Origin: a virus
Lineage: Duplodnaviria > Heunggongvirae > Uroviricota > Caudoviricetes
IMG/VR virus record: IMGVR_UViG_2541047698_000010
Direction: 5' to 3' (one strand)
Length of the DNA: 15,255 nucleotides
Numbering within the stretch: the first letter of the stretch is position 1; every line of letters starts with the position of its first letter. Shown here one piece after another: positions 1-6,732 of this stretch. The notes under the pieces are model-generated. The model did not search any database and had not been told where the DNA came from. It saw nothing but the letters and a program-made list of their open reading frames with translations. The translations under genes were made by a program, and so were the position numbers.

Positions 1-1164
1 TTACGCCTTCTTTATATCCTCCATAATTCCACAGTGGGACATATTTGGGACATTATCACCAAAAATGTCGTCTATTTTCCTTGCATGCTCTGTCAAATGA
101 TTAGGCGCAAGGTGAGCATACCTACGAACCATTTCTATGGACTCCCATCCGCCCATTTCCTGAAGCACAGATAATGGGACGCCTGACTGGATCAGCCAGC
201 TTGCCCAGGTGTGTCTGAGGTCATGGAAACGGAAATCTTCAATTCCTGCACGACGACAAGCTGATAGCCATGATGTCTTGCTGTCGATGCGCATCTTCCT
301 GACCGCAGGCGTTGATGTTCCATCTGCTCGCTTAGCCGCCTTGGTATGTACAAACACCCATTTGTGATGCTTGCCTATTTGATCACGCAACACTTTACAG
401 GCGGTATCGTTCAGCGCCACACCAATGGCGCGGTTTGATTTGCTCTCTTCTGGATTCACCCAGGCAACTCGTCGCTGCATGTCGATTTGTTGCCATTCCA
501 GATTTATGATGTTCGACTTTCTCAGACCAGTTGCCAGCGCAAACTTGACGACAGATTTCAGTGGTTCGGGGCACTCATCAATAAGGCGTTTTGCTTCCTC
601 CTTTTCCAGCCATCTGACTCGCTTGTTTCTGACCGCTGGTATCTTGATGACAGGCGCTTTTTCCAGCCACTTCCAGTCGCGTTCTGCAGCACGGAGAATG
701 GCCTTTATCATGGCAAGATGCTTTGCCTTTGTCTGAGTTGATACTGGCTTTGGTTCATAAACAGGCGGTTCTTTACCTTTCCTGATGGCGGCCTGAACTT
801 TCTGTTTCCATATTTCTTTCGTCTTTCTGTTATGCATTCTGCTTACAGCAGAGTAAATCTTTGCCTCCGAGATATCTTTAAGCCTTATACCCTCAAAATG
901 TTCAAGCCAGAACTCAATCCGGCTTTTATCTGAATCGAGAGATTTTTTATCAGCTTTTTCCTCAAGCCATCTTAGGCAGGCCTCTTCAAAAGTGACATCA
1001 GGTAAATCCCCTAGCTTTTCTACTTGCCAGAGTTCTGCTTTTCGCTTGTCGTGCAACTCCTGAGCTTGCCGCTTGTCCTTTGTGCCAAGAGATTCCTTAA
1101 TTCGTTTCCCGCCCGGGAGCGAATACGAGGCATACCATATTTCATTTCTGCGGAAGAGTGACAT
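1..1164 (-). CDS. int: Phage tyrosine integrase (site-specific recombinase), DLP12 IntD-like
   Basis: 387-aa minus-strand ORF. C-terminal tyrosine-recombinase catalytic region (HDLRHTWAS ... VRRYAHL). N-terminus [18 protein letters not shown] resembles argU-targeting lambdoid integrases as recalled. Window position 1 is the stop codon. Confidence 0.9.
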   Translation of the reverse strand: MSLFRRNEIWYASYSLPGGKRIKESLGTKDKRQAQELHDKRKAELWQVEKLGDLPDVTFEEACLRWLEEKADKKSLDSDKSRIEFWLEHFEGIRLKDISEAKIYSAVSRMHNRKTKEIWKQKVQAAIRKGKEPPVYEPKPVSTQTKAKHLAMIKAILRAAERDWKWLEKAPVIKIPAVRNKRVRWLEKEEAKRLIDECPEPLKSVVKFALATGLRKSNIINLEWQQIDMQRRVAWVNPEESKSNRAIGVALNDTACKVLRDQIGKHHKWVFVHTKAAKRADGTSTPAVRKMRIDSKTSWLSACRRAGIEDFRFHDLRHTWASWLIQSGVPLSVLQEMGGWESIEMVRRYAHLAPNHLTEHARKIDDIFGDNVPNMSHCGIMEDIKKA

Positions 1165-1391
1165 TTTCTTTCCTCTGTTATGCCATCACCCGCGCTCACC
1201 TGGACAGTATGCAGCGGAGACTGAAGCGCCGCAATGCAAGCTTGCCGTGTTGTGAGGTAAGGAGATTTTGGCTTGGTTGGATCTTTACGTGTTGCCTGTA
1301 GGCGGCCTGTTCGTATCCAGTTGGTGGCGGTTGGTCTGGATATCTTAAGAAACTGACAGGCCTCATCGAGTGTGAGGCTGTATGGCTCCAT
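1020..1391 (-). CDS. xis: Excisionase / AlpA-like HTH DNA-binding protein (Xis)
   Basis: N-terminus [31 protein letters not shown] is a typical Xis/AlpA helix-turn-helix. ATG at 1391 overlaps the stop of the upstream gene (TAATG coupling). The last 145 nt overlap the int start, so the C-terminal end is uncertain. Confidence 0.55.
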   Translation of the reverse strand: MEPYSLTLDEACQFLKISRPTATNWIRTGRLQATRKDPTKPKSPYLTTRQACIAALQSPLHTVQVSAGDGITEERKCHSSAEMKYGMPRIRSRAGNELRNLLAQRTSGKLRSCTTSEKQNSGK

Positions 1392-1696
1392 TATTTCACC
1401 TCTTGCTGTGTCATTGTTGAAAAATGGATACCAGCTCGTTGCTGCCAGACGATCCAACCGAGAGTCATATCCCATGCCATGTATTCGTTATCGCCGTTTT
1501 TTACTCTCCGACGATCTACTAAGTCACCGAAACGCTTTTCCATGAATAATTCATAGGCTTCGCGTTCATCTGGCTCTACTTCCAGAGATACGAGTGCGAT
1601 TTCATAAGCACGGCGCTCAATATCGTCTCGAACCTCTAGGCTGCTGATTCGTTCTTTGATTTCTTTAATCAGTTCTTTATTGGTAAATGTGGTCAT
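1391..1696 (-). CDS. yfdT: Hypothetical early protein, CPS-53 YfdT-like (101 aa)
   Basis: 101-aa ORF, acidic, translationally coupled on both sides. Size and position match the yfdPQRST block of K-12 CPS-53 as recalled from memory. Confidence 0.55.
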   Translation of the reverse strand: MTTFTNKELIKEIKERISSLEVRDDIERRAYEIALVSLEVEPDEREAYELFMEKRFGDLVDRRRVKNGDNEYMAWDMTLGWIVWQQRAGIHFSTMTQQEVK

Positions 1697-2058
1697 TATG
1701 CTCCAGCCTCCGGTGCTTTTGGCATTACTGCCCAGTGAGTGATATTGACGTTTTCAAGGTCCCCGACCTGAAATGTCCACTGCCATTCTCCGGTTTCTTT
1801 TTGTCCCCAGGTGTACCAGAGAGAACGCCAGCCAATCAGCCAGCCTTCTCCATTAGCATCAAATAACAGAACACTTTCATTTGCTGGTGGCAGTTCAGCT
1901 GACACTGGTATTATTTTGTTTTCCAGTGCCGCACATTTAGCTTCAAGCGCGTCGAATTTACGTAACAGGTACTCAGCATTTGTTTCATTCACTTTCAGAT
2001 CTCGCGGTACACATTTCCCGCGAAGAAACCCTTCCATTTCGAAAACATTCATGCGCAT
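1696..2058 (-). CDS. yfdS: Hypothetical early protein, CPS-53 YfdS-like (120 aa)
   Basis: 120-aa ORF with GGAG Shine-Dalgarno 8 nt upstream of the ATG at 2058. Stop overlaps the next start. Confidence 0.55.
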   Translation of the reverse strand: MRMNVFEMEGFLRGKCVPRDLKVNETNAEYLLRKFDALEAKCAALENKIIPVSAELPPANESVLLFDANGEGWLIGWRSLWYTWGQKETGEWQWTFQVGDLENVNITHWAVMPKAPEAGA

Positions 2059-2585
2059 TTGCGTAACTCCGATAAATCGTTAAAACGTTCCATAAACATC
2101 CCGTAGGCATGACCCGGTGCCAGTGGAATCACGTTGAACATCTCTGTTGCCGGGATGCCTTCCAGTACAGGCCAGAAAGAGCCATCATCAAGCCCGAGAT
2201 CGCGGCGTTCGGTTGCCAGCATGATGAGATCGGCATATTTCACGGGTGTACTCATAACTGGGGGTAACCCGTATTTCTCACGGATTACGGCGTCTATTTT
2301 TTCTTCCATCCGTTTATAGTCAGGAAGAAGGCGTTTCAGTGGTGCGGGAATGTCCTGGCAATACGCTTCTGTTGCATCATGCATTAACGCTTCAAAAGCA
2401 AATTCCTGCGGCACCAGCTGGCTGCAAAGAACCGCATGTTGGGCGACGCTGTAGAAGTGCGAAAGATGACCGGCAAAGCGACAGATATTTGAAAGGGAAA
2501 CCGCGATATCGTTAATATCGATGTCGTCTTTATTTATCTTGTCATAATAAAAATGCTTCCCGGAAAAAGTTTTAATAAATGACAT
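2049..2585 (-). CDS. yfdR: HD-domain phosphohydrolase (5'-deoxynucleotidase, YfdR-like, 178 aa)
   Basis: HD motif (..EALMHDATEAY..) and further His/Asp metal ligands. Start taken at MSFIKTF (ATG 2585), which gives 178 aa; the ORF-track start at 2612 adds 9 residues. Confidence 0.8.
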   Translation of the reverse strand: MSFIKTFSGKHFYYDKINKDDIDINDIAVSLSNICRFAGHLSHFYSVAQHAVLCSQLVPQEFAFEALMHDATEAYCQDIPAPLKRLLPDYKRMEEKIDAVIREKYGLPPVMSTPVKYADLIMLATERRDLGLDDGSFWPVLEGIPATEMFNVIPLAPGHAYGMFMERFNDLSELRKCA

Positions 2586-2712
2586 TTTGTTCTCCACGTA
2601 TATGCACTGCACCGCGCTGAATTCTGGTAAAAGGAAGCCCTCACCATCCGGTGATTATTGAGTTAATTACGTTTCCATAAATGCCCCCGCAGGGGCATTT
2701 GCAGTAATGAAA

Positions 2713-3537
2713 TCAGGCGGTGAAAGTACCAATAAAGGTTTCTACTTTGCTGTCTTTGAATTTCTCAACAAGCAGATCACGAAATTCGTTAGCCATTTCT
2801 TCCTGCACCGCTTCCAGCTGAATAATGCGCAGAACCAGTACAGGACGATCGCCAGTGATAATGCTGAGGCGTAATTTAAACGGACGTTCTTTCAGACCTT
2901 CAAACGGAACGCATTTAAATTCAAATGCCACTGGCATAATGTCTTTGGTCTTCGCTTCGACAGACTCCATCAGGGAGCGTTTGCCGCTGAAGTCATTATC
3001 TTCAAAATCAGCGGTCTGGTTTGCTTCAATCGTGATTTTACGGACTGCCGCAGCCGCTTTTGTTGCCTGAATAGCGTCACCATTAGCATCAAAGCCCACA
3101 AGGTAGTCGGCCCAGTCTTCGATCCATTCTGCCAGTGACTTCTGGGAGTTACGCTCGCCGTTAACAGACAACAGAGCAGAGAACGGTGCTGTCTTTTTCA
3201 GTTTGAGAGTGGCAGTGTTATCTGCGTGACCTGGCTCATCAATAGTACCCAGGTTAAGCACACTGACGGCACGCATATTATCGGCATCGATAAAGCAGCG
3301 GGTGCCTTCATCTGCAAGATCTTTAGAATAACGGGTAAAATCATCGATGCTGGCAGTGGAAAGTGCACCACGGAAACGGAAGCGATTTAAATTAAATTTT
3401 TCCAGATCATGAATGCGGAAATTCTCAGGCAATGCCACAGCATCGGCACCAATCTTACTGATAATTTCATTAACACCCTGAGCAGAAATAAGGGCATGGA
3501 TTTGATTAATTGCGGTTGCGTCTAAGTTCTGAGACAT
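2713..3537 (-). CDS. yfdQ: DUF2303-family protein (YfdQ-like, 274 aa)
   Basis: 274-aa ORF with GAGGA Shine-Dalgarno upstream of the ATG at 3537. Sequence recalled as YfdQ-like. Confidence 0.7.
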   Translation of the reverse strand: MSQNLDATAINQIHALISAQGVNEIISKIGADAVALPENFRIHDLEKFNLNRFRFRGALSTASIDDFTRYSKDLADEGTRCFIDADNMRAVSVLNLGTIDEPGHADNTATLKLKKTAPFSALLSVNGERNSQKSLAEWIEDWADYLVGFDANGDAIQATKAAAAVRKITIEANQTADFEDNDFSGKRSLMESVEAKTKDIMPVAFEFKCVPFEGLKERPFKLRLSIITGDRPVLVLRIIQLEAVQEEMANEFRDLLVEKFKDSKVETFIGTFTA

Positions 3538-3602
3538 AATAAGTCCTCACTATATAAAGATATTCAGTGATGAGATAAATAATCAGTTTATTACGAACGA
3601 TA

Positions 3603-3965
3603 TTAACGACCTGCTGCGCGGAGTTTTCCGTCAGGTTCACCGGCAAGAGTCAGTAATTGTCCCTGGTCTTCCTGCAGAATAGTCAGGCGACCACCGCGAT
3701 TGACATACATCGGCGTTTCGGTGGTGTCTTCTTCGGAAATTTTCCCGCGGTTAGTTGGGCGAACATATGAGAGTTTGTGTTTGATTTTCACACGGTTCTC
3801 ATCAAACGGTTCGATTTCCAGATTGAGTGAGACCTTCCCTTTGGTTTTCGTGTTCATCACACCGGAAGCGACCTCACTGAGAACTGCGCCGATTTTGGTT
3901 TCAAATACGCCGCCGTCCAGCTCCCCGATAAATGCCTGCACATCAGTACTGCGTTCGCTAGCCAT
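3603..3965 (-). CDS. yfdP: Hypothetical early protein (YfdP-like, 120 aa)
   Basis: Start chosen at MASERSTDVQ (ATG 3965) with a GAGGAG Shine-Dalgarno. The ORF-track N-terminal extension into the GC-rich region is Arg/Cys/Gly-rich and looks non-coding. Confidence 0.6.
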   Translation of the reverse strand: MASERSTDVQAFIGELDGGVFETKIGAVLSEVASGVMNTKTKGKVSLNLEIEPFDENRVKIKHKLSYVRPTNRGKISEEDTTETPMYVNRGGRLTILQEDQGQLLTLAGEPDGKLRAAGR

Positions 3966-4014
3966 TTTGCTGCTCCTCATCATATCGACCCTGCAAGGTC
4001 GGTTGGTTTCTCCA

Positions 4015-4101
4015 CAAAACAGAGAAGAACACCTGCGGTGGCAGCCGCCCGGATGGATTGGGTTATGAGCCCGTCGTCCGGTGATGCTCTTCTCTGTTTT
4101 G
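4015..4101. repeat. Perfect inverted repeat: 14-bp arms (4015-4028 / 4088-4101) around a 59-nt GC-rich loop
   Basis: CAAAACAGAGAAGA at 4015-4028 is the exact reverse complement of 4088-4101. An inner CACC/GGTG pair (4030-4033 / 4080-4083) extends the stem. Confidence 0.7.
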
Positions 4102-4102
4102 C

Positions 4103-4148
4103 AAAAAAGGACGGTACCAGCCGGAAGCAAGGGTACAAACTGGTACCG
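4103..4148 (-). terminator. Candidate intrinsic terminator on the leftward transcript (tL-like), about 140 nt upstream of yfdP
   Basis: 9-bp perfect stem CGGTACCAG (4112-4120) / CTGGTACCG (4140-4148) with a 19-nt loop. On the minus strand it is followed by UCCUUUUUUGC (plus A-run 4103-4108). Confidence 0.5.
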
Positions 4149-4149
4149 C

Positions 4150-4367
4150 CAGGACTACACACAGCATAAAGTTGTGGTGCCGGGTGCCTCCCGGTGCCTG
4201 GCGAAGGTTGCACACCAGGCGGGTGGGTATCCACAGAAGGTCGACTGTCAGCCTCAACCTTAACCCGCGTGCGCTGAGCCGCATTCACCACAACGCTAAG
4301 GATTCTCTCTGGTTGAAAATACTTAGCTGTTATGTGCCTGCTTTTAGCCACATCAGGCGAGGTGGAC
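4150..4367. other. GC-rich, highly structured non-coding block (candidate cis-acting RNA element or ncRNA)
   Basis: GC content clearly above the flanks. Several nested inverted repeats (GCCTGG/CCAGGC at about 4197-4220; AAGGTTG/CAACCTT at 4204-4210 / 4255-4261; GTGG/CCAC at 4223-4234). The ORFs here are Arg/Pro/Gly-rich with no Shine-Dalgarno. Confidence 0.35.
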
Positions 4368-4435
4368 CTGGTTATTCCCCAACAACAAGGATTCGGTTAA
4401 TCTGGATATCCCCAACAACAATAAGAGTATTCAAT
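4368..4435 (+). repeat. Two tandem 34-bp direct repeats (core CTGG-TAT-CCCCAACAACAA) abutting the start of the plus-strand gene
   Basis: 4368-4401 ctggttattccccaacaacaaggattcggttaat and 4402-4435 ctggatatccccaacaacaataagagtattcaat share a 12-nt identical core. Confidence 0.65.
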
Positions 4436-4459
4436 GTGATCGCTGAATTAACGGCAGCA

Positions 4460-4951
4460 ATGACGGCTATTCGTGAAACAGCCCAGATTGCAAAACTAAT
4501 GAACGAGGCAAAAACTCAAGCTGAAGTAAATGCGGCTATTGGTGAGCTGAACTCAAAGCTTGCGTCTATTCAGCGCGAATGCGTGTCTCTCGTTGAACTG
4601 GTGGGCTCTTATCAAGAAATAAATGCTTCTCTCAAAGCTAAAATTGCAGAATTCGAAAACTTTGAGGCTCAGACGGAAGGCTATATCCTTAACCAACTTG
4701 AGTCGGGTACTTTTGTATACTCGAAGGAGGTAATCGTGAACGGTGGCAGCATAACCATGCATCTTTGCCCAAAATGTTTTGGACAAAAGATAGTATCGAT
4801 ACTTCAACCATTCCCGGTTAGCGAAGATGAGCTTTTTCATAAAAGCAGGTGCCTCCACTGTGAAAATAAGTTTCTGATGAATAAAAATCCGGATTACGTA
4901 TCGCCTCCATCCATTGAGGAGTTGTCCAGAAAACTTAACGGCAATCTGTAG
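4460..4951 (+). CDS. Hypothetical coiled-coil / C4 zinc-ribbon protein (about 163 aa), convergent with cI and antisense to the pL operon
   Basis: N-terminal 75 aa are Ala/Glu/Lys/Leu-rich with heptad-like periodicity. C-terminus has CPKC-x24-CLHC. Own plus-strand terminator follows. Alternative GTG start at 4436. The ORF-track extension back to 4172 is GC-rich junk. Confidence 0.6.
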   Translation: MTAIRETAQIAKLMNEAKTQAEVNAAIGELNSKLASIQRECVSLVELVGSYQEINASLKAKIAEFENFEAQTEGYILNQLESGTFVYSKEVIVNGGSITMHLCPKCFGQKIVSILQPFPVSEDELFHKSRCLHCENKFLMNKNPDYVSPPSIEELSRKLNGNL

Positions 4952-4976
4952 ATTGCTACTGTTGTGGATATCCAGA

Positions 4977-4988
4977 TTGTTAAAGAGC
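4977..4988 (-). promoter_or_regulatory. boxA-like antitermination element (GCUCUUUAACAA) on the pL transcript
   Basis: Minus-strand sequence GCTCTTTAACAA is a 12/12 match to the rrn boxA core, about 100 nt downstream of the predicted pL start. A 6-bp hairpin (4941-4956) lies 20 nt further 3'. Confidence 0.4.
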
Positions 4989-4990
4989 TA

Positions 4991-5014
4991 AGCGTCCTGT
5001 AGGGCGCTTTTTTG
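4991..5014 (+). terminator. Intrinsic terminator of the plus-strand zinc-ribbon gene
   Basis: Stem AGCGTCC (4991-4997) / GGGCGCT (5002-5008) with one G-U pair, loop TGTA, followed by TTTTTTG. Confidence 0.6.
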
Positions 5015-5081
5015 TTGCTAATGAATCATCCTAGACTTCATATGCTCCAGGCGGCTACTTCGTGGGCGTCCTGCCTGTTTG

Positions 5082-5126
5082 TTGTTTCTCCTGGGTACAT
5101 TATGTATCCCAAAAGTACATTGTCAA
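5082..5126 (-). promoter_or_regulatory. Candidate pL promoter with OL operators
   Basis: Minus strand reads TTGACA (plus 5121-5126), a 16-17 nt spacer, then CATAAT (plus 5098-5104). Operator-type palindrome ATGTA-N9-TACAT at 5102-5120 and a degenerate copy TTGTT-N9-TACAT at 5082-5100, same geometry as the OR sites. Confidence 0.5.
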
Positions 5127-5130
5127 GTAT

Positions 5131-5153
5131 AAAAAAACCTGCCGAAGCAGGTT
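5131..5153 (-). terminator. Intrinsic terminator downstream of the repressor gene
   Basis: Stem ACCTGC (5137-5142) / GCAGGT (5147-5152), loop CGAA, followed on the minus strand by a 7-U tract (plus A-run 5131-5137). It lies 13 nt past the cI stop. Confidence 0.6.
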
Positions 5154-5165
5154 CATAAACATTGA

Positions 5166-5840
5166 TTAGGCTTTGATTTTGTATCTTCTTGGTTTTCCTG
5201 AGAAAATCACAGTTCCAATTATAGAGCAATTACCGTTGATCTTAATGTAAGGCTCAGGCCAGTTTGGGTTTAACGCTTTGAGATAACGCTGTGTCCCATC
5301 TTCTATCAACCTTTTGAAGGTGGTTTCACCTGTATCGTGCATCAATGCAATAACGTCGTCACCGTGGCAGGCAGGTACTTCAGGATCGACAAAAATCATG
5401 TCTCCCGGGCGGTACTCATCAATCATTGAATCACCTATCACCCGCAAGATATAAGTCATTTCCCCACAGGGTACAGGGCAGGGATACGTTTCTGCTGTGC
5501 TCAAATCAACCTCAGAATATCCAACTTCTTTCCATGCTCCGGCCTGTACCCATGATATGACAGGGACTAATGTGATTTGTTTATTAGTGATTGAAACATC
5601 AGGTTTTTTTGTGATGTTCGTTGTCTGGTGTTCTTGATCGAGCCATCCGACAGGCAGGTCGAAACATTTTTCGATGTGTCGTGCCATGCTGTCACCGATA
5701 TTTTTAGTAGCACCATCTCCCATAAACCTGCTGGTCTGGGTTGGCTCGCGATCAATCATAGTGGCAAAGGAAGAATTCCCGCCAACACCATCTCTCAGTT
5801 TTCTGGCGTTAGACCGCCGGATGTCATGGATTGTTTTCAT
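5166..5840 (-). CDS. cI: cI-like prophage repressor (N-terminal HTH, C-terminal S24 LexA-type autopeptidase domain)
   Basis: 224 aa. C-terminal region has the S24 serine (..VIGDSM..) and a downstream lysine (..TFKRL..). Divergent from the cro-like gene, with palindromic operators between them. Confidence 0.9.
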   Translation of the reverse strand: MKTIHDIRRSNARKLRDGVGGNSSFATMIDREPTQTSRFMGDGATKNIGDSMARHIEKCFDLPVGWLDQEHQTTNITKKPDVSITNKQITLVPVISWVQAGAWKEVGYSEVDLSTAETYPCPVPCGEMTYILRVIGDSMIDEYRPGDMIFVDPEVPACHGDDVIALMHDTGETTFKRLIEDGTQRYLKALNPNWPEPYIKINGNCSIIGTVIFSGKPRRYKIKA

Positions 5841-5846
5841 AACGAA

Positions 5847-5925
5847 ATTAAAACCCTTGTACCGTTAAGGTACAAGTATCTTGAAGGTTCATTTCAATCA
5901 TGTAATATGTATACCGGAGGTACAT
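5847..5925. promoter_or_regulatory. Divergent pRM / pR promoters with OR operators
   Basis: OR1 TTGTA-N9-TACAA at 5857-5875 (perfect palindrome CTTGTACCGTTAAGGTACAAG). OR2 ATGTA-N9-TACAT at 5907-5925. pR is TTGAAG (5881-5886), 16 nt spacer, TAATAT (5903-5908). Candidate pRM on the minus strand (TTGTAC / TTTAAT) would start at or next to the cI ATG. Confidence 0.55.
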
Positions 5926-5930
5926 ATTGT

Positions 5931-6131
5931 ATGAAAGCGTATTGGGACTCTTTAACCAAAGAACAGCAGGGCGAGTTGGCCGGAAAAGTTGGCTCAACAC
6001 CTGGCTACTTACGGCTGGTTTTCAATGGCTATAAAAAAGCCAGTTTTGTGCTGGCTAAAAAACTTGAGCAATGCACGTCAGGTGCAATTACGAAATCTGA
6101 CTTAAGACCGGATATCTATCCGAAAGATTAG
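5931..6131 (+). CDS. cro: Cro-like HTH regulator (66 aa)
   Basis: ATG at 5931 with a GGAGG Shine-Dalgarno 10 nt upstream. Small basic protein, first gene of the rightward operon. The ORF-track start at 5628 is an upstream extension across the operator region. Confidence 0.8.
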   Translation: MKAYWDSLTKEQQGELAGKVGSTPGYLRLVFNGYKKASFVLAKKLEQCTSGAITKSDLRPDIYPKD

Positions 6132-6162
6132 CAGAACACTTTCAATTTTTAACCACAGAACG

Positions 6163-6732
6163 ATGAGGCTAATCGTGGGTAAGCATCACTGGAAAATAGA
6201 AAAACAGCCTGAGTGGTACGTGAAAGCTGTCAGAAAAACTATCGCGGCGTTGCCGAGTGGTTACGCTGAAGCGGCTGACTGGCTCGATGTAACAGAAAAC
6301 GCTTTATTCAACCGCCTTCGTGCAGATGGCGATCAGATTTTCCCGCTGGGATGGGCAATGGTTTTACAGCGTGCTGGTGGCACTCATTTCATTGCTGATG
6401 CTGTGGCGCAGTCTGCAAATGGCGTCTTTGTGTCTCTTCCTGACGTCGAGGATGTGGACAACGCCGATATTAACCAGCGTCTGCTGGAAGTCATTGAACA
6501 GATCGGCAGTTATTCAAAACAGATTCGTTCAGCAATCGAAGACGGTGTAGTGGAACCGCATGAGAAGACAGCAATTAACGACGAGCTGTATCTCTCAATT
6601 TCGAAGCTGCAGGAGCATGCAGCACTTGTCTACAAAATTTTTTGCATTTCAGAAAGTAATGACGCCCGCGAGTGTGCAGCTCCGGGCGTCGTGGCGTCGA
6701 TTGCTTCTGGTTGTGGAGAAACTAACGCATGA
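6163..6732 (+). CDS. CII-like / YdaT-family regulatory protein (tentative)
   Basis: 189-aa ORF directly after cro, in the position of cII. Family assignment is from memory of YdaT/CP76-type proteins and is not confirmed. A GTG at 6175 is an alternative start. Confidence 0.45.
   Translation: MRLIVGKHHWKIEKQPEWYVKAVRKTIAALPSGYAEAADWLDVTENALFNRLRADGDQIFPLGWAMVLQRAGGTHFIADAVAQSANGVFVSLPDVEDVDNADINQRLLEVIEQIGSYSKQIRSAIEDGVVEPHEKTAINDELYLSISKLQEHAALVYKIFCISESNDARECAAPGVVASIASGCGETNA

Noticed and set aside
425-741. Two plus-strand ORFs (103 and 84 aa) inside the integrase gene
   Set aside because: They lie entirely antisense to a well-supported integrase CDS, have Cys/Phe/Ser-rich composition and no ribosome-binding site. 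Treated as antisense artefacts.
1073-1255. 60-aa plus-strand ORF spanning the int start and xis 3' region
   Set aside because: Antisense to int and xis, with no start signals.
3980-4459. ORFs within the GC-rich block (123 aa and 73 aa minus, 60 aa plus, and the N-terminal extension of the 4172-4951 ORF)
   Set aside because: Translations are Arg/Pro/Gly-rich and low-complexity, with no Shine-Dalgarno. The region is dominated by nested inverted repeats, so it is more consistent with structured non-coding sequence.
4553-4858. 101-aa minus-strand ORF considered as a possible N-like antiterminator, since it sits in the N position downstream of pL and boxA
   Set aside because: It is fully antisense to the better-supported zinc-ribbon gene and is Phe/Tyr/Leu-rich without the Arg-rich N-terminal motif of N proteins. 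Judged a mirror-frame artefact, though it cannot be excluded without expression data.
5038-5229. 63-aa minus-strand ORF overlapping the cI terminator and 3' end
   Set aside because: It overlaps the pL promoter and operators and the repressor terminator. No coding support.
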